A program made the position numbers and the translations under genes. Positions 1 through 8,602 of a stretch of DNA of 26,400 nt are shown piece by piece. Source of the DNA: a virus (Duplodnaviria; Caudoviricetes); the IMG/VR virus record IMGVR_UViG_3300002307_000199, positions 1-26,400 of that record; one strand, given 5' to 3'. The notes below the pieces were generated by a model. That model was not told the DNA's origin. It saw only the letters and a program-made list of their open reading frames with translations, and searched no databases. Positions within the stretch are counted from its first letter, which is position 1. The number at the start of each line of letters is the position of its first letter.

Positions 1-1
1 C

Positions 2-691
2 GGCAGCCGTGCCTGATACGGTTACAGTAGAGTTACCAAAACCTACAAACGATGAAAAAGGTTGTTGTCTTAAATAAATAACAAGTGTTGTTGCAGTCGC
101 AACACTAAAACGCATATAACGTGCAGCTACAGGAAATGCTGAAATTAAGTTAGCCGTTGCAGCAGTCGCACTTGCAAATGTACCACCTGTTGCAGATAAA
201 GGAATACCCAACACCGTTGCAAATGTAGAATTATCATTAGAATGTGTAACAGTTACAGCAACAGCACTTAATTGTTGAAAGATAACAGTCTGATAACCTT
301 GTGTATCAATCACCTGTGGACTATTAGGAGTTAATACAAGTATTGTACTAGGTGGTGCATCCGATAATACTGTAGCGTTGTTTAAATCGGTTTTTACAGG
401 GTTTTGAACACGAGTATTTAAAAATAAACCTGTACCATCGGTAACTACTTGTTCAAGGATATTAACACCAGCAAAATCACCACTAGGGTCGCCTGCAATC
501 GATACCGATAAAGAACCATCCGTTGTTTGTGCGTTGGCAATCGCTTGGTCTTGCGTTGGTAATGGTGTGCTTTGGGAAGTTTGTTGCGTACCTGCGTTGT
601 TATTATTAAATCCAACTAATGTACTTGTATTCGGTGCAACTTGACCATTTGTGCCTGTGCCTGATTGTGGGGCATTACCAAGATAACTCAT
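2..691 (-). CDS. Tail fibre/receptor-binding-like structural protein, 5' part (runs off the left edge)
   Basis: Not in the ORF track. ATG at 691 overlaps the upstream stop (TAATG). The frame is open to the edge: MSYLGNAPQSGTGTNGQ...ARYMRFSVATATTLVIYLR..., Thr/Ser/Ala-rich and beta-like. Confidence 0.75.
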   Translation of the reverse strand, partial: MSYLGNAPQSGTGTNGQVAPNTSTLVGFNNNNAGTQQTSQSTPLPTQDQAIANAQTTDGSLSVSIAGDPSGDFAGVNILEQVVTDGTGLFLNTRVQNPVKTDLNNATVLSDAPPSTILVLTPNSPQVIDTQGYQTVIFQQLSAVAVTVTHSNDNSTFATVLGIPLSATGGTFASATAATANLISAFPVAARYMRFSVATATTLVIYLRQQPFSSFVGFGNSTVTVSGTAA

Positions 692-1008
692 TAGGACACC
701 TCAATAGAAGAAACAAGTACATCAACAGCACCTGTTGCAGACACGGCTAATACATCGTTACGTTCTACAACAATTTTGGCTGATTGCACTACATCAAGTG
801 ATGAGCCTATAGGAATTGGTACATTCTTGACAATATTAACCGTAGTAGCACCTGATGTTAAAAGAACCGTTGCAGTAATCGCTGATGATGTTGTATTTGC
901 AATTAACAAACCAATAAGGGTACATTGAACACCTGTCGTCGTTGGGTTATAAACAGTCGTATTCGATGTTACGTTTGCTGTTAAGGTATTTTGGTAGTTT
1001 ATCGCCAT
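691..1008 (-). CDS. Small beta-rich tail fibre-associated protein (105 aa)
   Basis: Alternating hydrophobic beta pattern; tightly coupled between two fibre-like genes; similar to 3606..3956. Confidence 0.65.
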   Translation of the reverse strand: MAINYQNTLTANVTSNTTVYNPTTTGVQCTLIGLLIANTTSSAITATVLLTSGATTVNIVKNVPIPIGSSLDVVQSAKIVVERNDVLAVSATGAVDVLVSSIEVS

Positions 1009-1010
1009 GT

Positions 1011-2357
1011 TTACCCAATCATAGAAAGTGCTAATGCTATTTTAGCACTAGATGTAGCAGAATTGGATGTTCCAAAAGGAATATTTACATCCGTTCCTGT
1101 ATAAGTAAAATTGGCATTTGCACCAAAAGAACCACTATTATTAAACTGCACTTGTGTATCAGAACCTGCTACTGAACCACCACCTGTTGATGAAACCGTA
1201 AAGTTTGGATATGTTCCTGTAACCGTTGTTGAACCACCACCTGTAATCGTAACTACTTGGTCGGGTGCTGTGTTTGTTACAGTAAATGAACCACTTGTTG
1301 TAATAGGGCTTCCTGATACGGAAATTCCTGTACCACCTGTAGCCCCTACCGAAGTAACCGTTCCGCTACCTGCCGAAAATTGTTGCCATATAGCCGTTAC
1401 ACCATTCGAGGTTAATACATAGCCATTTGAACCAATTGGTAATCGTGTTGCACTATTTGTACCGTTACCAATAATTAAATCACCCGTTGTAGTAATCGGT
1501 GATAAAGCATTAAACGAAGCGGATGCCGTAACTTGCCCTGTTCCGCCTGAAGATATGCCTAATGTACCCCCTAAAACAATATCACCACTTGTTACCGTAC
1601 TAGGTGTTAAGCCTGATAAAGTTGTTCTAAAGGTTGTAGCATTGGTTGTATACGAAAACTGTTGCCAACCACTTGCCGTATAGCCCTCAAATGTATTTAA
1701 GGATACGTTATAACGGATTGCACCTAGACTTCCAAGCCGTTGCCCTGTTGTGCCATTTGGTAGGGTAATAGAACCTGTTCCTGAAAAAATAGGGTTATCC
1801 GCAATACTAATGGTTGGGGTTGAACTACCATCACCACCTACCACATTAATTTGATTGGCAGTTCCTGTAATGGTTGCAGTTCCCAATGTAGAACCACTTG
1901 CTACCGTTAATAAGCCTGTGCCACCTAAACTAGCTAATAGGGATGGCAAACCACTTAAACCAATAGTAGGATTTCCACTTACCCCATTGGCGTTGCTAAT
2001 CGATAATCCTGCCCCTGTAATAGCGATACTTCGGTTGGTTACACCACTACCGCTATTCTTTACAACAATGCCTTGAGAAGCGTTTTCTAAAGAAGCCGAT
2101 ACGCCATTAAGGTACAAAGAAACTTGACCTTGTGGAACGCCTGTAGTAAGCCCTATGCCTAATCCACCAATCAAGCTTCGACTATTGGCTAATGTGGGTT
2201 CTTGATTAACCGTAATAAAGGTTTGTTGTTGGGTTGGACTATTTGCTATTGCACTTACCGTAGTTTGTACGGTTAAGCCATTTTGTTGAATAGGGACTTG
2301 TTCCGTTCCTACAAGTGGGCTTGCAAAGGGTAGTTCGGGTATTGTTTTATTGGTCAT
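1011..2357 (-). CDS. Tail fibre-like protein (448 aa)
   Basis: G/T/S-rich; fibre-type motifs (LPNGTTGQR..GAIRYN..FEGY; GGTLGISSGGTG; TTTGDLIIG..TRLPIG..GYVLTS; GSDTQVQFN); hydrophobic C-terminus AKIALALSMIG. Confidence 0.75.
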   Translation of the reverse strand: MTNKTIPELPFASPLVGTEQVPIQQNGLTVQTTVSAIANSPTQQQTFITVNQEPTLANSRSLIGGLGIGLTTGVPQGQVSLYLNGVSASLENASQGIVVKNSGSGVTNRSIAITGAGLSISNANGVSGNPTIGLSGLPSLLASLGGTGLLTVASGSTLGTATITGTANQINVVGGDGSSTPTISIADNPIFSGTGSITLPNGTTGQRLGSLGAIRYNVSLNTFEGYTASGWQQFSYTTNATTFRTTLSGLTPSTVTSGDIVLGGTLGISSGGTGQVTASASFNALSPITTTGDLIIGNGTNSATRLPIGSNGYVLTSNGVTAIWQQFSAGSGTVTSVGATGGTGISVSGSPITTSGSFTVTNTAPDQVVTITGGGSTTVTGTYPNFTVSSTGGGSVAGSDTQVQFNNSGSFGANANFTYTGTDVNIPFGTSNSATSSAKIALALSMIG

Positions 2358-3619
2358 AGTGTCAAATCATAAAAGCCAAATGAACCATACACCGAGTTTG
2401 CAGCACCCGATGCCCCTATACTGCGTACCGCAAGTGTTAAGGTATCACTAACCCCTGCCAATGAAACGCCAAGTTGTAAATCCCAATTGTAGGCTTGTGG
2501 CGTAACAATATTACTTTTAGCTTGTGAGGTACTTGTTACATACGATACTTCATTAATGTTTGTTGCCGTGTAAGTCATTGCCGTAGCACTTGTATCGTAA
2601 TCAACATTTTGAAATGTTGATGTATTGTAAGAAGCACTTGTTAAAGTAGCGTTCTTAATAATGGCTACTTCATAATTTGAACTACTGATTGGCAATACGG
2701 CATATTGTGCAGATAAAACAACCGCCCCTAAATGGCTTGCGTTTAATCGTATTGTAACCAACGGTACAAAAATATTGGTTGTAGGCACGTTGCCTAAAGA
2801 ACCTGAAGTTCCTGTCATTCTTGCCCAATAAATTTGGGATGCTTGTTCGTAACCACCTTCGGAAATTACCGTAGAACAAATTTGTTGCATGGTTGAACTA
2901 CTAGCAACCGTACCTGTGTTAAAGATTTCATACCGCACATTTAAAATGGCGGTTTGCATATACACTTGGGTTTGTGAATTAGCATTGTAAAAAGTATGGC
3001 AACACACATATGTGCCATTTAAAATAAACCCTACTTGCACAATTCCTACACCTAACCATTCCATATCGGTGTAAAAAATTTGTGTTTTGGTTACATCTAA
3101 AGTAATTCCCGATAATCCTGTGCCATTTAATTTATCACCATTCCAATTGGCTTGGGATATGCGAGTTTCTGCTACAGAACCGCTTGTATAAGTTCGAAGC
3201 ACAATGGTTAGGGTTGTCCCTGCTTGTTCAAAATAAATGCCATTATTCGTGTTGTAATAGCCTACACGTTGCGTTTGATTTGTTTTCCCTGTTGCCATCG
3301 CAAAGGTAGCAAGAATTAATAACGATTTGCCAGGTTGATAGGGAAATGTTCTGAATGTTTGGCGAACAACCGAATCCCCTGAAGCGGTTGTTACATTTAA
3401 ATTGGTAGTGCTTGCATTTGTTGCAAAAGTAACCGTGCCTGAACCCACCGTGCTACTATCAAACGCACTATCGCTTGCATAGCGTGATTGGCTATCAAAT
3501 AAAGTATATGGATTGCTAACACGCAAACGGTCAAATGCATCTACCGTACCACCACCAAATTGCACATACGTTGCATTGTTGGAAGATGAACCTTGTTGTG
3601 GAAAGCTAGTAATAGCCAT
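2354..3619 (-). CDS. Virion structural protein (beta-rich); paralog of the core of 5891..8533
   Basis: Start moved from 3631 to ATG 3619 (MAITSFP), which has GGGG upstream and a short overlap with the previous stop. Motifs DAFDRLRVS, YQPGKS, DMEWLGVG. Confidence 0.7.
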   Translation of the reverse strand: MAITSFPQQGSSSNNATYVQFGGGTVDAFDRLRVSNPYTLFDSQSRYASDSAFDSSTVGSGTVTFATNASTTNLNVTTASGDSVVRQTFRTFPYQPGKSLLILATFAMATGKTNQTQRVGYYNTNNGIYFEQAGTTLTIVLRTYTSGSVAETRISQANWNGDKLNGTGLSGITLDVTKTQIFYTDMEWLGVGIVQVGFILNGTYVCCHTFYNANSQTQVYMQTAILNVRYEIFNTGTVASSSTMQQICSTVISEGGYEQASQIYWARMTGTSGSLGNVPTTNIFVPLVTIRLNASHLGAVVLSAQYAVLPISSSNYEVAIIKNATLTSASYNTSTFQNVDYDTSATAMTYTATNINEVSYVTSTSQAKSNIVTPQAYNWDLQLGVSLAGVSDTLTLAVRSIGASGAANSVYGSFGFYDLTL

Positions 3620-3956
3620 AAGTAGCCCCACTCATTGTGATTGTAATTCCTGTTGTACTTCCATTAATCTGCACGGTTTGTTGTGAATCTAAAACTTGTT
3701 GACCTGTCCATTGAAGGTTTTGCTTAGGCTGTAAAGTTTGTTGATAAAACAACGCATTTGTTGTGCTTGCCGTACCATTTTGCACTACTAAATAAATATC
3801 AAATGTGGCATTAGATGAACCTGTATTTACAATATCTATCTGTTGCAACAAGGTTCTTGACCTTAACGGTACGGTATACACCGTAGATACCCCCACCGTA
3901 GTCGGTGCTTGTGCAATTAATACTTGCGTAGGGATGTTGTTGGTTTGATAGCTCAT
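3606..3956 (-). CDS. Small beta-rich structural protein (116 aa), similar to 691..1008
   Basis: ATGA overlap with the upstream gene; TVYT..IDIVNT..FDIYL pattern shared with 691..1008. Confidence 0.65.
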   Translation of the reverse strand: MSYQTNNIPTQVLIAQAPTTVGVSTVYTVPLRSRTLLQQIDIVNTGSSNATFDIYLVVQNGTASTTNALFYQQTLQPKQNLQWTGQQVLDSQQTVQINGSTTGITITMSGATYGYY

Positions 3957-4297
3957 GGATTTGTATTCACAGGTAAATAAGTAATACCATCTAAATTGCC
4001 ATTTTCGGTATACGGATTTTCTAAGGACAACAAATCAGGTGCATTCGGTGTCGTAATAATCTGATTATTGCCTGTGCCAATCGGTGCATCAGGGCGTGGA
4101 AAACGCACGGCAATCTTTTCAGGTTGACGCATTGGTAAACGATAAGGGTCTTTATTATCCACACACCCAAACTTGCAAACACGAAGCCCTGGGGTATTCC
4201 CATCTTGTTGGATATCATCGTATGCACGTTTAAACTTGCACCTATCACATACGGCTACGTTTAAAACAGCATTTCCACGAGTGTTAAGCCATTTCAT
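3953..4297 (-). CDS. Hypothetical Cys-containing (possibly Zn-binding) phage protein
   Basis: CDRC...VCKFGCVD..DP motif; lies directly after the adaptor gene. Confidence 0.65.
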   Translation of the reverse strand: MKWLNTRGNAVLNVAVCDRCKFKRAYDDIQQDGNTPGLRVCKFGCVDNKDPYRLPMRQPEKIAVRFPRPDAPIGTGNNQIITTPNAPDLLSLENPYTENGNLDGITYLPVNTNP

Positions 4298-4299
4298 CG

Positions 4300-5358
4300 C
4301 TACCTCGTGTATACAGAAATATTCGGGGCAAAGTAGATAGGCGACTTATCACGCTCTTCTTCTTGAACAATATGTAAATATTTTTCCGCTTGTTGTTCGC
4401 AATATGCAATTCGTGTAGGGTCAATTTGTGGTAGTTCCATTGCCATTTGATGTGCCAACATATTTTGAATGGCTAAATACCATCGTTGTGGGATTTCAAT
4501 CGAACCCGATAACGCACCTACATCTTGTATATATCGTGTACACCACGCTACGATTTGTGGTGAATAAATTTGGGGTGTCGGCCAGAGAACCATTGTGGGT
4601 TGTGGAATCGTTCGATTTAACCAATATTGCAATGGATAATTATTTGTAAAGTTTTTGTTTGGCAAATTCGTGTAATCATCACGATTCATTCGAAACATTG
4701 GAATTTCGGTAGGATTTGAACCAAAATTTACTTGATAAAAACCCATATTCGCACCACTTGTTTGTAAAATTCTCCAATAGGGCGCACTTGTAGATGGGTC
4801 TAAATCGTTATAAATCCATTGTCCTGATACCCACGTTGTTGTAGTAGGCGTTAAGATGGTTGTCCATGTGCTTCCATCTTGGGATGATTGGATTTGGTAA
4901 TTTACAGTACCTGTCATTGCAGGCAAAATGCCGATTGATGCCATGTAAATAGGGTTTTGCGAACCATTGTTAATGCCAATATACCCTGTATTGGATGTTA
5001 ATTGGCATATATTGGTATACGCACCATCAAACGCATACGCAGCGATACCTGATGATGAATTATAACCTTGTGTGTTAATCGTAAAATAACGATAGTTGGC
5101 ATTTAAAACATCATTTGTACCTACAGGTAATAAATATTCGTATTGGTCTGGGTATAAACCAACAACATTTTTTTGAATTGCCCAATACTGAACACCGTAA
5201 TTCACTAAATTGGATAGGATGTAATATAAAGATTGTTTTGATGCAAAAACTTGTTCCGAAGTAAGTTCTTCGGCAAGTTTTCCTGCCCTTCTAGCACCGC
5301 TATCAATTAAATTTTGAACGGTAACTACGGTGGTTGATACTGTTCCGCTTGTACTCAT
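4300..5358 (-). CDS. Head-tail adaptor (P22 gp4/T7 gp11-like) with an inserted discoidin-like domain
   Basis: Helical N-terminus (LIDSGARRAG..SLYYILSNL), then YLLP, PLQYW..LWPTP, IPQRWYLAIQNMLA. Central YQIQSSQDGSTWT..PYWRI segment. Position downstream of the capsid genes. Confidence 0.6.
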   Translation of the reverse strand: MSTSGTVSTTVVTVQNLIDSGARRAGKLAEELTSEQVFASKQSLYYILSNLVNYGVQYWAIQKNVVGLYPDQYEYLLPVGTNDVLNANYRYFTINTQGYNSSSGIAAYAFDGAYTNICQLTSNTGYIGINNGSQNPIYMASIGILPAMTGTVNYQIQSSQDGSTWTTILTPTTTTWVSGQWIYNDLDPSTSAPYWRILQTSGANMGFYQVNFGSNPTEIPMFRMNRDDYTNLPNKNFTNNYPLQYWLNRTIPQPTMVLWPTPQIYSPQIVAWCTRYIQDVGALSGSIEIPQRWYLAIQNMLAHQMAMELPQIDPTRIAYCEQQAEKYLHIVQEEERDKSPIYFAPNISVYTR

Positions 5359-5367
5359 GTTTTGCCT

Positions 5368-5889
5368 TTACCAATTTGGACACTTCCATCGTTTTAAAGA
5401 GGCTTTTGCTCTTGGTGCATCACCTTTTGCGTGCTTAACAACACCGCTCATTCTTGCACAAAACGAATCTTTACGACTTCCACCTTGTGGTTGAGGTGCT
5501 TTTAAATGACTTCCTGTTTCACGGTTGTATTTGGCTCTGCCTTTTTCTGTAAGACCTGCGCCTTGTTTTGTTGATAGCTTTTCACCCCTTCCAACAGCGA
5601 GTGATACACCACCACCACTTTTGTGTTTAGCGGTTTTAGCAGATTTAACAAATGCTTGCTTTGTTGGTGCGCCCTTGCTACCAACCTTTCGCATATGCTC
5701 ACCACTTCCATGTTTAATCCTTTCTTGTTTTGCATGAATATTGGCATACAATCCACCACCATCTTTCTTTGCTTGGCGTTTTGTAGAGTATGCTATCGCT
5801 ACGGCTTGCTTAACAGGTTTCCCTGCCTTGACCTCCGTAGCAATATTTTTCGTAAACGCTTTTTCCGATTTGCTTTTAATAAGTGGCAT
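5368..5889 (-). CDS. Basic three-module protein (173 aa) with KxGG linkers; last module DUF6321-like
   Basis: Likely true start is ATG 5889 (MPLIKSKS), 1 nt after the upstream stop; the tracked start at 6057 overlaps the 880-aa gene. C-terminal GLTEKGRAKYNR..SFCARM..LKRWKC was recognised from memory. Confidence 0.7.
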   Translation of the reverse strand: MPLIKSKSEKAFTKNIATEVKAGKPVKQAVAIAYSTKRQAKKDGGGLYANIHAKQERIKHGSGEHMRKVGSKGAPTKQAFVKSAKTAKHKSGGGVSLAVGRGEKLSTKQGAGLTEKGRAKYNRETGSHLKAPQPQGGSRKDSFCARMSGVVKHAKGDAPRAKASLKRWKCPNW

Positions 5890-5890
5890 A

Positions 5891-8533
5891 TTAAGCCTGC
5901 GATTCTTGCCAATTGATGCGTGCCAAAATAGTATTACTACCGCCTGCTGTAACCGTAGTTGCAACCACATACAAAATATCAGGTCCATCAGGGTATTGCC
6001 CTGCTTGGGATGTTGGCACGGTATTAGATGTTCCACCACCATTTGCAGAATTACCAATCGCAGAAATTGATGCTAATGAATATGCTGTTTGACCTGCAGT
6101 ATTGGTATAAAACGCAGCGATAGATTCACCACCTGTAATGGTTACCGTATTCGTTGTGTTTACCGCAATTTGCACCAACGAACTTGTGGTTGTACCGCCT
6201 TGAACAGGGCTTACAAAACTACCTGAAAACGCACCCGATGGAATACCATTTAATACCAATTGCACTAAGTATGTTGTATTTGTAACCACCGCAATTTCAT
6301 TAAATTGCAATTGCAAACGATTAATAATTTCCTTTACACCCAACAATCCAACCGTACCATTATCTACCGATGGTGCTAAACGAATTGCCATAATAGGCAC
6401 GTTAGCAGTTGAGTTAGGGCTTGTTAATGGTGTTAACATACCATAGTTATAAATAGCCGATACATCTTGGTTATACCCACCATCCATTATTACCGATGAA
6501 CCCCAATGGGATAACATCGCTGCGGAATCAGGGGATGCATATTCCACCGCAATAGGTGCTGTGGCAGAATAAGTATATGCAGTAGCTACCGCACCACCTG
6601 TTGTTCCACGAGTTACTCCTGTTAAGGATGTGGATGTTAATCCTGTATAAGTGATGTATTCAATAACGCCCGATGTTCCACTACCAATAATACGAGCCGT
6701 TCCACCTGCAGGATTAAACCCTTGTGTGCTTAACACAGGAATTGTTGTGCTTGATGTAGTAATGCTTGCGGTTAATGTAGTAAGGGGCAATATAGCATTT
6801 TGTTCATAATGCGATGGTAGGTTACCCGAACGCATATATGCGGAATAGTTGTTATTGTTGTTTTGGAAACCATAAACATACTGAACCGCACCACCTGTGG
6901 TACGAATACCATAACGCACCGCACCCGAACCATACCAAGAATAATCAATAAAGAACATTTGTGTTTTGGTTAAATCAAGGTTATAGCCAGAAGGATTTGA
7001 ACCTGAACTTGTTCCATCTAACACATCCCACCATTGGGATTGGGGTACTTTAATATCAATGGTTCTTGATACGATTACGTTTGCCATTGTTGTGCCACGG
7101 TATTCAGGGCTTATATACAATTGCGTATCGCTTGTAATACTTAATACACGATATGACATACCACGAATAACAATATAATCGCCAACTACTAATTGTGTTG
7201 AAAATTGTGTACTACTACCTGTAACCGTTGCATTGCCGTTTGTAACCGATACCGTTCCTACAATTTGATTGATAGAATTTCGATACACCGCATACAATGT
7301 TGTGCCATCGTATTGAAAAAATAATCCATTTTGGTTATCAAAAAATCCAATTTTGTTGTTTGAGCCATACCATGTTGTTGGGCTAACGTGAATAAATCCA
7401 CCTGTTGATATTGCAGGCGTTGAAGTTGGTACGGCATTGTTTAAGGTTGCATAAGTAAATGTTAATGCATTTGGCACGGTTAAAATTTTAAATGTGCCGT
7501 TATAAGCAGATTGGTCAGCACCACTTACCACTACATAAGTGTTGATGGTAAGGTTATGCGGAAATTTAGTTGTTACGGTTACGGTAGAACCGCTTGATGT
7601 TAAAACAGGTTGCTGTATCTGTGGTTTAAGAATTGTACCTGTAGAAAATTGAATACCTTTACCCGATTGATAACGGAAATATCTTCGTGTTTGGCGTTGC
7701 AATAATTGATTAGGAATTGCAGCACCTACCGTAAAGTTTACCGAACCATCATAAGCATGGCAATCTACCCAACCACCTGGTCTTGCATATAAATTACTTT
7801 GACCTGCCGTATTTGCAATGGTTGTAGAAGGCGTTCCATTGATGTTGGTAAATGTAAAGGTTGTAGCACTTGGTGTTGTTGCAACGATTTGAGGACCATT
7901 GATGGTTGTTGCTGTACTTGGACCTGTTGTGCCTGTTATATAAATTAATGAACCTGCAGATAATCCATGTGGGTATGTTGTTGTGCAAGTTACGGTAGAA
8001 CCTACAAATGTAAATGCAGTTGTTCCTGTTAATGCATGAGCAAAGCCACTATACAAATAACCTAAATAAACATATGTTGATGTTGCCGACCAATTGGTGG
8101 TGGTTGTTATAGCTTGTGCCATATTAACGGTTAGGGATGTAGCCGATGCTCCACCACCTGCAATAACTTGCCCCCATCCGTTTGCATTTGGGTCAATTGC
8201 ATCTTGAATAAAAATAGGTGAACCATTGGGTACATTCGATGCGGTTAATGCAATCGTTAATTGATTAGAAGGTGTGTTATTTCCTGTAATAGCGGATACA
8301 GGCAATGGTGCATTGGTTATAAAATACAAACCTGCACGATTGTTTTGCATGGCTGTAGATTCCCACTTTGTAGCTTGCTGACCATATTCAAAGTCAGTAT
8401 CGATTAAAGATTGGGGTGTTGAAACACGAGCTTTATCAACAGGGTCGTAAGCAGGTGAGCGTTGTGATTGTTGAATTCTTGCGTTATTGTCGTTATTCGA
8501 CGTAGGTCCGATGTAGCTAACTAATTGTCCCAC
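5891..8533 (-). CDS. Large multidomain virion structural/fibre protein (880 aa)
   Basis: GTG start with AGGAG RBS; T/S/G-rich; repeated beta modules (TTTYPHGL / TTKFPHNL); core homologous to 2354..3619. Confidence 0.75.
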   Translation of the reverse strand: MGQLVSYIGPTSNNDNNARIQQSQRSPAYDPVDKARVSTPQSLIDTDFEYGQQATKWESTAMQNNRAGLYFITNAPLPVSAITGNNTPSNQLTIALTASNVPNGSPIFIQDAIDPNANGWGQVIAGGGASATSLTVNMAQAITTTTNWSATSTYVYLGYLYSGFAHALTGTTAFTFVGSTVTCTTTYPHGLSAGSLIYITGTTGPSTATTINGPQIVATTPSATTFTFTNINGTPSTTIANTAGQSNLYARPGGWVDCHAYDGSVNFTVGAAIPNQLLQRQTRRYFRYQSGKGIQFSTGTILKPQIQQPVLTSSGSTVTVTTKFPHNLTINTYVVVSGADQSAYNGTFKILTVPNALTFTYATLNNAVPTSTPAISTGGFIHVSPTTWYGSNNKIGFFDNQNGLFFQYDGTTLYAVYRNSINQIVGTVSVTNGNATVTGSSTQFSTQLVVGDYIVIRGMSYRVLSITSDTQLYISPEYRGTTMANVIVSRTIDIKVPQSQWWDVLDGTSSGSNPSGYNLDLTKTQMFFIDYSWYGSGAVRYGIRTTGGAVQYVYGFQNNNNNYSAYMRSGNLPSHYEQNAILPLTTLTASITTSSTTIPVLSTQGFNPAGGTARIIGSGTSGVIEYITYTGLTSTSLTGVTRGTTGGAVATAYTYSATAPIAVEYASPDSAAMLSHWGSSVIMDGGYNQDVSAIYNYGMLTPLTSPNSTANVPIMAIRLAPSVDNGTVGLLGVKEIINRLQLQFNEIAVVTNTTYLVQLVLNGIPSGAFSGSFVSPVQGGTTTSSLVQIAVNTTNTVTITGGESIAAFYTNTAGQTAYSLASISAIGNSANGGGTSNTVPTSQAGQYPDGPDILYVVATTVTAGGSNTILARINWQESQA

Positions 8534-8577
8534 AATATTTCTCCTAGGGTTGGTACTATACTAAAATGAAACTAGGA

Positions 8578-8600
8578 GGAAGGGGCTTACGCCCCAACCT
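8578..8600 (-). terminator. GC-rich GNRA hairpin after the His-rich gene (weak terminator or stability element)
   Basis: Minus strand GGGGC-GTAA-GCCCC; no clean U-tract. Confidence 0.4.
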
Positions 8601-8602
8601 GA

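Noticed and set aside
5890-6057. N-terminal 56 aa of the tracked 229-aa ORF
   Set aside because: It overlaps the 880-aa gene out of frame; ATG 5889 directly after its stop is the better start.
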